Virus record (IMG/VR): IMGVR_UViG_3300020220_000207
Coordinates: 1-31,943 of that record
Reading direction: 5' to 3' (one strand)
Length of the DNA: 31,943 bases
Source: a virus
Lineage: Duplodnaviria > Caudoviricetes
Part shown: in pieces, positions 17,763 through 25,700 of the stretch
Layout: each line of letters begins with the position of its first letter
Position numbering within the stretch: position 1 is the stretch's first letter
The notes under the pieces: model-generated
Databases searched by the model: none
Seen by the model: the letters and a program-made list of their open reading frames with translations, nothing else
What the model was told of the DNA's origin: nothing
Translations under genes and position numbers: made by a program

Positions 17763-18211
17763 GTTCTGTCGTAACAGTCCGCGAGCTTAATAAAAAGTGC
17801 GGAGAATGCACGGCCTGCTGCTCTGGCCACCTCTATGGGGAGGCGCATGGGCATAAGTTCTACAAGGGTAGGCCGTGCTTTTTTGTCACAAAAGCCGGTT
17901 GCAGCATTTATGACGACCGGCCCGACAGCCCCTGCAAGATCTTCAAATGCGGATATCTGACGTTCCCCTTTTTCCCCGAGTGGATGCGCCCGGACCAATC
18001 AGGAGTGCTCGCCACACAGGGCATCTTCAAAGCCGGGGATGAAACCAAATCCTATCTCCAGATTTCTGAGTACAATAAGCCGATGACTGCGCTGTCCCTC
18101 TGGTGGTTCATCGAAAAATATCTCGACGGCCAGCTTCCTAACCTGCTTATCAGCATCGGAGGATCCCACCATAGATTGGGAACCGAAGACTTCCTTAAAG
18201 CCGCCCTGTGA
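17759..18211 (+). CDS. CxxCxxCC (YkgJ-like) Zn/Fe-chelating protein
   Basis: CGECTACC, PCFF...GCSIYDDRP..PCKIFKC. Confidence 0.75.
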   Translation: MSSVVTVRELNKKCGECTACCSGHLYGEAHGHKFYKGRPCFFVTKAGCSIYDDRPDSPCKIFKCGYLTFPFFPEWMRPDQSGVLATQGIFKAGDETKSYLQISEYNKPMTALSLWWFIEKYLDGQLPNLLISIGGSHHRLGTEDFLKAAL

Positions 18212-18217
18212 GGACAT

Positions 18218-18391
18218 ATGGATATCGCCGATAATATACAGTACTGCGAGAAAGCCTTGAAAGAACTGTACCATCACATCGCCCTTCGTGAATTTGATAA
18301 AGCCGAAGAGAAATGTGATGAAGCCCTGTTCCAAATACGCCTGTGCAAACTGTGGTTTCGCGATGCTATGCCCCGTCTGCCGCACAGATAA
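18218..18391 (+). CDS. Small hypothetical protein (not in the ORF track)
   Basis: GAGGA SD; MDIADNIQYCEKALKELYHHIALREFDKAEEK...; fills the gap between neighbours. Confidence 0.55.
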   Translation: MDIADNIQYCEKALKELYHHIALREFDKAEEKCDEALFQIRLCKLWFRDAMPRLPHR

Positions 18392-18557
18392 CCACGAAAT
18401 CAAAACCGAAGTGCTCGAAACCCGCATAGAAAACCTTAACGAACGCGAGGAACGAGTGCGCCGCAGACGACGATGCCTGCGATGCGGGTTCCGCTTCCAC
18501 ACCTACGAGTACGCTAACATTAAATGGACCGACGGATTTGAAGGATATCAACGATGA
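18363..18557 (+). CDS. NrdR N-terminal-like Zn-ribbon protein (no ATP cone)
   Basis: MLCPVC...TEVLETR...RRRRRCLRCGFRFHTYE. Confidence 0.75.
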   Translation: MLCPVCRTDNHEIKTEVLETRIENLNEREERVRRRRRCLRCGFRFHTYEYANIKWTDGFEGYQR

Positions 18558-18793
18558 CCCTCCAGGAACGCCTTAGAACGGCCTCAGGGCCGTTTATTGT
18601 TTCCGGGCTAGGTTGGGATGCCGCCACCCGTATCGACGCGCTGGAGGCCGAATTAGAGGCTTTGCGGGCCGATGCCGCCCGATACCGAAAGCTCCGCACC
18701 TACGTCGTGGCCGTAGATGTCAAAGGCGACGAATGGGTGGGAACCAAGTCCGGATTGGACGACCTGGTGAGCAGACTCCCAGGTAACTCGTAA
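18554..18793 (+). CDS. Hypothetical protein
   Basis: AAGGA SD, ATGA overlap; DAARYRKLR motif. Confidence 0.6.
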   Translation: MTLQERLRTASGPFIVSGLGWDAATRIDALEAELEALRADAARYRKLRTYVVAVDVKGDEWVGTKSGLDDLVSRLPGNS

Positions 18794-18898
18794 TGGCGAG
18801 TTGTACTTGATACTAGAACTAGATGGGCAAAAAAAAGAAAATCTATATTAGGTAACATCTATTAATTTACGCTGCCGGTTCAGCCTCGGCTTGCAGGC

Positions 18899-18940
18899 AA
18901 AATACTCACCTAGCTGGAGGTGAGTCCAGCCCAGTGAGTA
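18899..18940 (-). terminator. Putative intrinsic terminator
   Basis: TACTCACTGGGCTGGA-CTCACC-TCCAGCTAGGTGAGTA-TTTT on minus strand (16-position stem, two G-U pairs, one mismatch). Confidence 0.45.
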
Positions 18941-19226
18941 CCGATTCACGCCGCTCGGACGAGCCTACGGAATTGGCGCGGGAGTTTTACGCATATCTCC
19001 GCTATGGCTGTTACGGCGCTGCGACGCCCCTGTCCTGGTCAGCCATCCCTCTTTCGAGGTCACTCATGTCAGTTGCGCCTATGACAGTCCCCCGTGGCGC
19101 TCTCACTCAGTTACGGCGGCTTTTAATGCGGTCTACCTGAGCCAGTTAATCGTCGGTCGGCTGGGTTCTGAGTCCCACTTCCACGGGGCGAACTTTGGTC
19201 CCCGCTCCTACAACTGTGACGACAAC
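18899..19226 (-). ncRNA. Candidate structured ncRNA (~330 nt), family unassigned
   Basis: Lies downstream of a near-consensus promoter, has no long minus-strand ORF, carries several stems including a GAAA tetraloop, and ends in a hairpin plus U4. Confidence 0.5.
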
Positions 19227-19232
19227 GAGAGA

Positions 19233-19261
19233 ACTATAACCCGCCCTCAACCCCTTGTCAA
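19233..19261 (-). promoter_or_regulatory. Near-consensus sigma70 promoter
   Basis: Minus strand TTGACA (19261-19256)-17 nt-TATAGT (19238-19233). Confidence 0.7.
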
Positions 19262-19537
19262 GTCGAGGATGTCAAGAGCCTCCTGCACACTGTAGACAAT
19301 ATACAACTTGCCCCCCTTCCACTCCTCGAAGAACTTCAACTCACGGTCTGTCAGCCGGGTCTGCGAAGGAGGCTTCGAGCCGTCCTTCACCTCCATCAAA
19401 ATGGTCTCCCCGTTGTATCCCACCAACAGATCGGGCAGGCCATCCCCCTGCGAAAGATAGCGTACATACGCCCCATACTTTCGTAGGGCGTCTACAATAT
19501 CACCTTGATTATGATCAGTTTTTGCAGCGCGTTTCAC
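19247..19537 (-). CDS. VRR-NUC-like PD-(D/E)xK nuclease, possible Holliday junction resolvase
   Basis: D.NQ..IVDALR..GA, GLPDLLVG, LMEVKDG, LT..E..FF..W.G. Confidence 0.8.
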   Translation of the reverse strand: MKRAAKTDHNQGDIVDALRKYGAYVRYLSQGDGLPDLLVGYNGETILMEVKDGSKPPSQTRLTDRELKFFEEWKGGKLYIVYSVQEALDILDLTRG

Positions 19538-19543
19538 ATTGCA

Positions 19544-19566
19544 ACATGTAACGTTACAGGTGAGAA
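19544..19566. promoter_or_regulatory. Palindromic operator-like site, copy 2
   Basis: ACATGTAACGTTACAGGT (17/18 match to copy 1) in a divergent intergenic region. Confidence 0.65.
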
Positions 19567-19574
19567 TTCCCTGC

Positions 19575-19603
19575 TTGACAGTTCCGAATGCACCTGCTAC
19601 ATT
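19575..19603 (+). promoter_or_regulatory. Sigma70 promoter for the recombination operon
   Basis: TTGACA-17 nt-TACATT with TGn; AGGAGGTG SD at 19615-19622. Confidence 0.75.
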
Positions 19604-19626
19604 TGGCGGAACTCAGGAGGTGATAC

Positions 19627-20505
19627 ATGAGGTTTACCAACAAGTTCGATTTGCCCGAAACATTTGTCAATGTCATCCACCGTCCAACCTATAGTAAGGG
19701 CGACGCTCACATCTCGGTGACCGAACTGCTCAATTCCCCACAAATCGTAGGGTTAAAGCGCAAACATTGGGACGAGATTGAGCAGGACGTATCGGAAATG
19801 GTGTGGCAGCTTTTCGGGTCTGCCGTACACAAAGTCCTGGAGCACGGCAAAGGTGACAACCACGTCATTGAAGAGCGTCTTTCGGTGGACTTTGAGGGAT
19901 GGCGCATCTCAGGCCAGATTGACCTTCAGGAAGTTACCCCTGAGGGCATCATCATCTCCGACTACAAGGTTACCTCGGCATGGTCTGCAATGGCAGAAAA
20001 GAAAGACTGGCACGACCAACTCAACACCTATGCATGGCTTGTGGAGACCGTCAAGAAAACGCCCGTCATCGGAGCCAGGATCGTTGCCATCATCCGCGAT
20101 TGGTCCGCCAAAGAAACCAAGGAAGGATATCCCAAGTCCCCCGTACATGTCATCAACATCCCCATCGTGCCCAGCGAAGAATTTATAAAACAACGTATCC
20201 ATCTTCATAACGAATCCTACTTCTGCGTTGCTACTGGAGAGCCACTCCCTGAATGCACCACAGAAGAGATGTGGGAACGACCCGCAACCTACGCACTTAT
20301 CAAACCTGGAAACATCCGCGCCAAAAGCGTTCACTTGTCTTTGGAGGAAGCCAACGAAAACCTAACCCCACCGTATGTTATCGAAGTTCGCCCGGGTAAA
20401 AGAATCCGGTGCGAGTCCTACTGTCAGGTAAACAAATTTTGTAGGCAATATGAAAACTATCAGTCAACTATCGCAGGAAGCGAAGGATTTGAAAAAATGT
20501 CTTGA
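19627..20505 (+). CDS. PD-(D/E)xK (Cas4/RecB-like) exonuclease
   Basis: FGSAVH, ISGQIDL, ISDYK, QLNTY, C-terminal RCESYC.VNKFC; precedes ERF. Confidence 0.85.
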   Translation: MRFTNKFDLPETFVNVIHRPTYSKGDAHISVTELLNSPQIVGLKRKHWDEIEQDVSEMVWQLFGSAVHKVLEHGKGDNHVIEERLSVDFEGWRISGQIDLQEVTPEGIIISDYKVTSAWSAMAEKKDWHDQLNTYAWLVETVKKTPVIGARIVAIIRDWSAKETKEGYPKSPVHVINIPIVPSEEFIKQRIHLHNESYFCVATGEPLPECTTEEMWERPATYALIKPGNIRAKSVHLSLEEANENLTPPYVIEVRPGKRIRCESYCQVNKFCRQYENYQSTIAGSEGFEKMS

Positions 20506-20635
20506 TGTTTTTGAAAAACTTCAAGACTTTGAAGAAAACGACCGGGCTTTCATGTTATATCTTCTTTATGATATGAGAACAATTCTTGTTAATTTAGAAA
20601 AGATCATCCGAGGCGAAAATGAAAGAAATCGCTAG
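20450..20635 (+). CDS. Small hypothetical protein
   Basis: Bridges exonuclease and ERF genes; start uncertain. Confidence 0.4.
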   Translation: MKTISQLSQEAKDLKKCLDVFEKLQDFEENDRAFMLYLLYDMRTILVNLEKIIRGENERNR

Positions 20636-21260
20636 TGCATTTGTCAAAGCGCAGTCTGACTTTAAGCCCGCGCTTAAGAGTTCTACAAACCCGTACTTCA
20701 AGAGAAAGTACGCAGATTTGTCGAGTTGCCTTGAGGCTGTTCTGAAGTCTTTAAACTCCAACGGAATTGCGGTCATCCAACCTACCTACGACCACGCAGA
20801 CGGCGTGATGGTTGAGACCCTGTTCCTCCATACCTCCGGCGAAACGCTGAGCGGAGGCAAGCTTTTCATGCCCGCCGTGAAGGGCGAGCCACAGGCTTTC
20901 GGATCAGCGCTGACCTACGCAAGAAGATATTCCCTCATGTCCGCCTGCTGCATCGCTGGAGAAGATGACGACGCCGAAAGCGCGAAACGAAAACCTCCGG
21001 CAGTCCTCAAAGGCGAAGACCATGATTGGCAAATCACCGTACAGGCCGATCCCCAAGCCAGCCCCGAAGATTGGGTCAAAATGGTTTCCGAGTTTACAGT
21101 TTCCGGATTAGGGTTTTGCAGTAATGTCGAAGAGGTCATGACCCTTTTTCGGGTCAATAGAAATATTTTTGACCAGCTCAAAAATATTGACGGAGATATG
21201 TACAAGAACCTAATGCAACAATTTACCAATGTCAAGAACGTTTTGAAGGAAAAGAAATGA
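20619..21260 (+). CDS. erf: ERF-family single-strand annealing protein
   Basis: NPYFK.KYADL, H.SGE, Q.FGSALTYARRYSL, EDDDA. Confidence 0.9.
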   Translation: MKEIASAFVKAQSDFKPALKSSTNPYFKRKYADLSSCLEAVLKSLNSNGIAVIQPTYDHADGVMVETLFLHTSGETLSGGKLFMPAVKGEPQAFGSALTYARRYSLMSACCIAGEDDDAESAKRKPPAVLKGEDHDWQITVQADPQASPEDWVKMVSEFTVSGLGFCSNVEEVMTLFRVNRNIFDQLKNIDGDMYKNLMQQFTNVKNVLKEKK

Positions 21261-21607
21261 TCAACAAGGTTATTTTATTAGGCCATGTAGGGCGTGACCC
21301 AGAAATCCGCGCCACCTCTATGGGTGTGACGATTGCTAACTTAACTCTGGCGACAAAAACCCATCGGGATGAAACTCAATGGCATCGCTGCGTTTTCTTT
21401 AATAAGCAGGCCGAGCTTGTTCAGCAATATGTCAGAAAAGGTTCTTTGATTGGAGTCGAGGGGTTTATTCAATACAAAAAATATACCGACAAATCTGGTG
21501 CGGAAAGGATCTCTACGGACATTGTTGGTAACAATTTGACGCTTGTTAATCGCCCTCCAGAGCTTGAGAAAGGCGAGATAACTAACGAAGAAGATGTGCC
21601 ATTTTGA
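21257..21607 (+). CDS. ssb: Single-stranded DNA-binding protein
   Basis: INKVILLGHVGRDPEIR, TQWHRCV, KGSLIGVEG, acidic C-terminus EEDVPF. Confidence 0.95.
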   Translation: MINKVILLGHVGRDPEIRATSMGVTIANLTLATKTHRDETQWHRCVFFNKQAELVQQYVRKGSLIGVEGFIQYKKYTDKSGAERISTDIVGNNLTLVNRPPELEKGEITNEEDVPF

Positions 21608-22035
21608 AAACATCGCAATTTGAAGCGGCAAAGGTAGCGATCAAGCAGGACAAGAACGGCTACATCCTGACGTTGTGCATTCATCCTGACGAAATCCCGG
21701 ATGAGATTCTTCGGGATTTTGTGGGGTCCACATATCAGGTTGTTATGGTTCGCCTGTCTGATCATCAACCAATGAACCGCGAACGCGAACTTCGCGACCC
21801 AGTGCGCGCGGCTGCCATTTTGTGTAAAGACAAACTCTTTGCCAAGTTCCTTGTAGATACTGGAAATATCTTTGAGGAAACCGAAGCAAAAGCCGTAGAG
21901 TGGCTTAAGTCCTATTTGGATATTAAGTCCAGAGCTACTCTTAAAGACAATCCTGAAGCCGCGAAACAACTTTATAGAATTGAGCAGGAATTTATTTCAT
22001 GGAAAAACGCCTCATACCATACTCCGTCTATTTAA
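21604..22035 (+). CDS. Hypothetical phage protein
   Basis: TTG start overlapping the ssb stop; 143 aa. Confidence 0.65.
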   Translation: MKTSQFEAAKVAIKQDKNGYILTLCIHPDEIPDEILRDFVGSTYQVVMVRLSDHQPMNRERELRDPVRAAAILCKDKLFAKFLVDTGNIFEETEAKAVEWLKSYLDIKSRATLKDNPEAAKQLYRIEQEFISWKNASYHTPSI

Positions 22036-22301
22036 AAGAAGACATTTACCTTCGACTTAAAGAGGTGGCAAAAGATCGCAAGGCCACCTCGTTGGTTCGC
22101 GATGCTATCACAATGATTATTGAGGGTGACGATCTCTTCAATGCCGGATACAATAAGGCCATCCGGGACGTCATGGATCTTATCTCTCAGGATGCACTAT
22201 GTAAAGACGTGGCTTTTCAGGGGGTGGTGCTATATCAATATCTTAACGACTTGTTATCTGATATGTTTATGAATCAATCGCCAAACAAGGAGAGCGCATG
22301 A
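21999..22301 (+). CDS. Hypothetical protein, possible ribbon-helix-helix DNA binder
   Basis: YSVYL.EDIYLRLKEVA....TSLVRDAI pattern. Confidence 0.55.
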   Translation: MEKRLIPYSVYLKEDIYLRLKEVAKDRKATSLVRDAITMIIEGDDLFNAGYNKAIRDVMDLISQDALCKDVAFQGVVLYQYLNDLLSDMFMNQSPNKESA

Positions 22302-22516
22302 AAGGCGTAGAGTCATTAGTAGAGCACAAAAGTGTTTCCGAGTTAACTCTTTTGGATTGGTATGCTAGTTTTGCCTTGGGGGCTTTCGACCCTATGGAAA
22401 GGCAGTTTTTGAGAAACGCAAGCTCGGAATGGAGGAAACAAAACAGTGAGTCAATTGCTAAGACTGTATTTGATATTGCTGAGGCGTGTCTTGAAGAGCG
22501 CAAAAAACGCGTTTAG
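22298..22516 (+). CDS. Hypothetical protein
   Basis: AGGAG SD; LTLLDWYA..A...IAEA.LEER. Confidence 0.6.
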   Translation: MKGVESLVEHKSVSELTLLDWYASFALGAFDPMERQFLRNASSEWRKQNSESIAKTVFDIAEACLEERKKRV

Positions 22517-22540
22517 GAAAATCTTTTTCCCTGTGTTTTT

Positions 22541-22798
22541 GTGAATAACAAATTAAACGACAAAGAGCGCAGACATTTATTGAATGTCAAGTCTTTGCCG
22601 TGTTCGGTATGCGACGCCTCGCCTCCGTCAGATGCCCACCATATAAAACAACATAAGCAATACTTGGTGGTAGCCTTATGCAAGGATTGCCACCAAGGTT
22701 CTTTAATGGGATGGCACGGTCAGAAACGTGCCTGGGCGATTCGCAAGATGGATGAACTGGATGCCTTGGCGATAACCTTGGAAAGATTATTTAAGTGA
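22541..22798 (+). CDS. Ref/DUF968-like HNH Zn-binding nuclease
   Basis: LPCSVC...DAHH...LCKDCH....GWHG. Confidence 0.7.
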   Translation: MNNKLNDKERRHLLNVKSLPCSVCDASPPSDAHHIKQHKQYLVVALCKDCHQGSLMGWHGQKRAWAIRKMDELDALAITLERLFK

Positions 22799-25700
22799 CT
22801 TGCGGACTTCTTCTGCCTGCTTTGCCAGTTCTCCGAGAATAATTTTCAACCTATCAATTTCTTCCCGCTTGTCAGCGCCTGACATTGTAGGGTCTGCAAC
22901 AACCACGCGAATGTACTTGCGAACATCGCTCATCTGCTCGGCAGTCTTTTGATAGAATTTAGCGAGCGCGATTTTGTCTCCCTTTTCCTCAATGATCTCT
23001 TCAACCTTTTGCGCATCCCCAATCGCGGCATAATGACGCATGTCTGCAAAAGCCTGGTTGATGGCTTTTCCATTTTCATAAAATGCCGTGACATATCTTG
23101 ACTGGGTAGAGGGAAGCTCTTTAATCATATTTAGCGAAGCCCGCTCCATCCACTTCGCATCCGGGAGTGTTGCTTCCTTGAATGGCATGACCGCATAATT
23201 GGAGATAACCCCTGCCGTGCCTCCCGCCCACCCAAGGAGAGCATTGATTAGATACTCTGCTTGTACGGGTGACAACTCGGTTTTTTCCCCGGGAAATAAA
23301 GATGTAATGCCTCCTATTGCTTTGGCAAGCTCACTAGTATTGTCGGCAATCCGTTCCTGTTTGGAGAGTCTTTCCAATCCAACTGATTCAATAGGAGCGC
23401 CGGTGAACGACGAGGTGTTGGCGTACAAATCGAAAAATGGTTTGATGACTTGTGGAAAGTTTATGGCAAAGGTTTGCGTAATCATCCGACCAAACATATC
23501 CGCGACTTCTTTTCCTTCTGCGCCTTCATCGTAGACTTGTCTCAAGACATGTTCGGTTACTGTCCCTAGCGCACCTAATTCAAACGGCTTGGGTATGCGG
23601 AACGCGGCCTCCATTCCCGGCAAACGAATCCACCAGAAGTTATCTCGATCCCACTCATCACGTTTCTTATATTCCTCATCGTCTTTGAAGGCATAAAACA
23701 ATGTAGCCGATGCAAGCATGACAGCCATTGCCACTTTGGCAAATCGCTCTCCCTGTTCGCGTTCGGTCCCTGTAGAGGGTTTGCCATCCTGATTATAAAA
23801 CAGCCTTGCGGTCGGGATAATCCCATCTCTTCCAAGTTTATAAAGCCCCTGCACCCGGGCATTTAAGAATGGTATGGTTTGTGTAAGGTAACGGAACGAC
23901 TCCCAGGAGCCGTGCATGGAGAAGTCCAACAGGTCTCTCGCCTGGTAACTTGCTTCTAAATGGCTCAAGCCTTTTTCCCGAAGTTGTTTGTACAAAGCAA
24001 GACGATTGGCATTTTCTGCCGCATTCCCAGCCTCCTGATATTTGTCCCAGATCTTACGCAGGCCTTTGGTAATTTTATCTTTGGTGTCAAGAATGTTGTC
24101 GGGATTAATGCCGTTGTCAATTAACCGTTTTATGAGTGGCGCGGTTTCGCCCTCATAATAGGTGCCAAAATTGAAAATCGCGCCACCAGCCATTGCCGAT
24201 ATATAATTATCCGCCTTCTTGTTGTATATGGAAATCCCTTCGATAGCGTTTGAGACGGGGTCTGCTTTTAATCCTGACAATGCTATAGATTGAATGCTGT
24301 CTCGCCAAAGATTATAAACTCTAAACTGCGGGCTGATGGTTACGCCCCACTGGAGTATGTTTTTCATTGTTTTGGCGATGCGCAGGAATGTGCTTTGTTT
24401 TCCCATATAGTCAAGCGCAACCATCGAATCAAACAGCAGCGGGTCATTTATTTTGAAGTATTGTTTTTGCCCGTCGATCATAGCTTTGATTGAGCCTGTA
24501 GGTTCTTTAGTAAGCTCAACAACCGGAACACCACCAATAGAAGCTTTGGATGCATCTTGAAGCGTGGTTACAAGCGCCTGGTTTTTCATCGAAGCCGACA
24601 GTATATGGCTCCAGTTTCTAAGCGTGTTTTCTACCAGATCTCCAAATTGCTTCTCCCCGCCCTTTAGCTTCTTGGAGAAATATTGATTTGATAAGCCTGA
24701 TGCTGTGGACGGGCCTTCTACGTCCTTACCTTCCATTTCCTTATAAAAAGGAACATAATAATTATCTTTGGAAAACTTTTCAAATGCTTCGTCATTAATT
24801 AAACCTGTATCCTTGGCTACAGTTAGCACCGACTTGTTCAGCGCATTCATATCTTTAAGAACGGCGTTATACACCTCTATTCTTGGCTTGCCATTCAATT
24901 CTCCAGCGCTAAGCATGGGGGCGTTTTGCATGATTGAACTTGGGATGGAGGCGTCCTTTCCTTGTTTAAGCAGTTCAAGTTCGCGATTGACGGCCACCCA
25001 TATCATGAAATTATCGACCTCGGTTCCAACCGGCTTTAGGGTCTCAATAAGTCCTTTGCCTTTTCTGATATTGAGCGCCCCTCCATCATTAAAGACCTCT
25101 CCATAAAACAACAAGCCTTCAAGACCTCCGTCGATGGCTGGTGACAGTCGCGCCTGCTTGTATCCACTTTCACTATATTCTTTTACTGTACGGAATTGAT
25201 CTGCAATGTTTTGTGCCAGTCTCTGCCAAAAATTATCTTTCAGTGCTTCGATCTTATCAATAATCGTTACATTTCCCGGTGCGAAATTATTTTTCAAATC
25301 TTTTTTGAATTCTTCCGATGTTTCCGGCGAAAGTTTTAATGGCTCTCGTTTCTGTAATGCTTGCTGCGCAGTGCCAATTATTTTGTCTTTCAATGATTCT
25401 TTTTGTTTTTCCTCGGCGCTTAATACAATATCTTTTGAGAAAATGGATGATGGTCTTGGTAGTTTCCCAAGAGATTCTGTAAGACTTAATACTTGGGTAA
25501 GAACGGTTTTATTTTGAATACCAAGCAGATTGGCCACAAGTTCTACAAATTGCGACCACACACTCTTGTTTCTTGCATATGGAATATTGGCTATAAGAAG
25601 CTGGAATTCCGGGTTTGATAAAGCTTCCGTGACAAACTCAAACCCTTTTTCAAACGGATCTGTTGCGGTATCAAACGCATACCATTTTCTACCCGACTGA

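Noticed and set aside
18838-18856. NrdR box near the NrdR-like gene
   Set aside because: CTATATTAG core is one base shorter than the NrdR-box core and lies in an AT-rich patch
18934-19140. 68-aa plus-strand ORF
   Set aside because: GTG start inside a hairpin, no recognisable motif, and it overlaps a region better explained as minus-strand structured RNA; not fully excluded
19219-19231. 13-nt match (ACGACAACGAGAG) between array 15699-15711 and the ncRNA promoter region as self-targeting
   Set aside because: About one such match is expected by chance between 1.2 kb and 64 kb; it includes repeat bases, and the partner spacer does not match
19627-20505. Cas4 acting as spacer-acquisition enzyme for the array
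   Set aside because: Its exonuclease-ERF-SSB context is a standard phage recombination module; no direct link to the array
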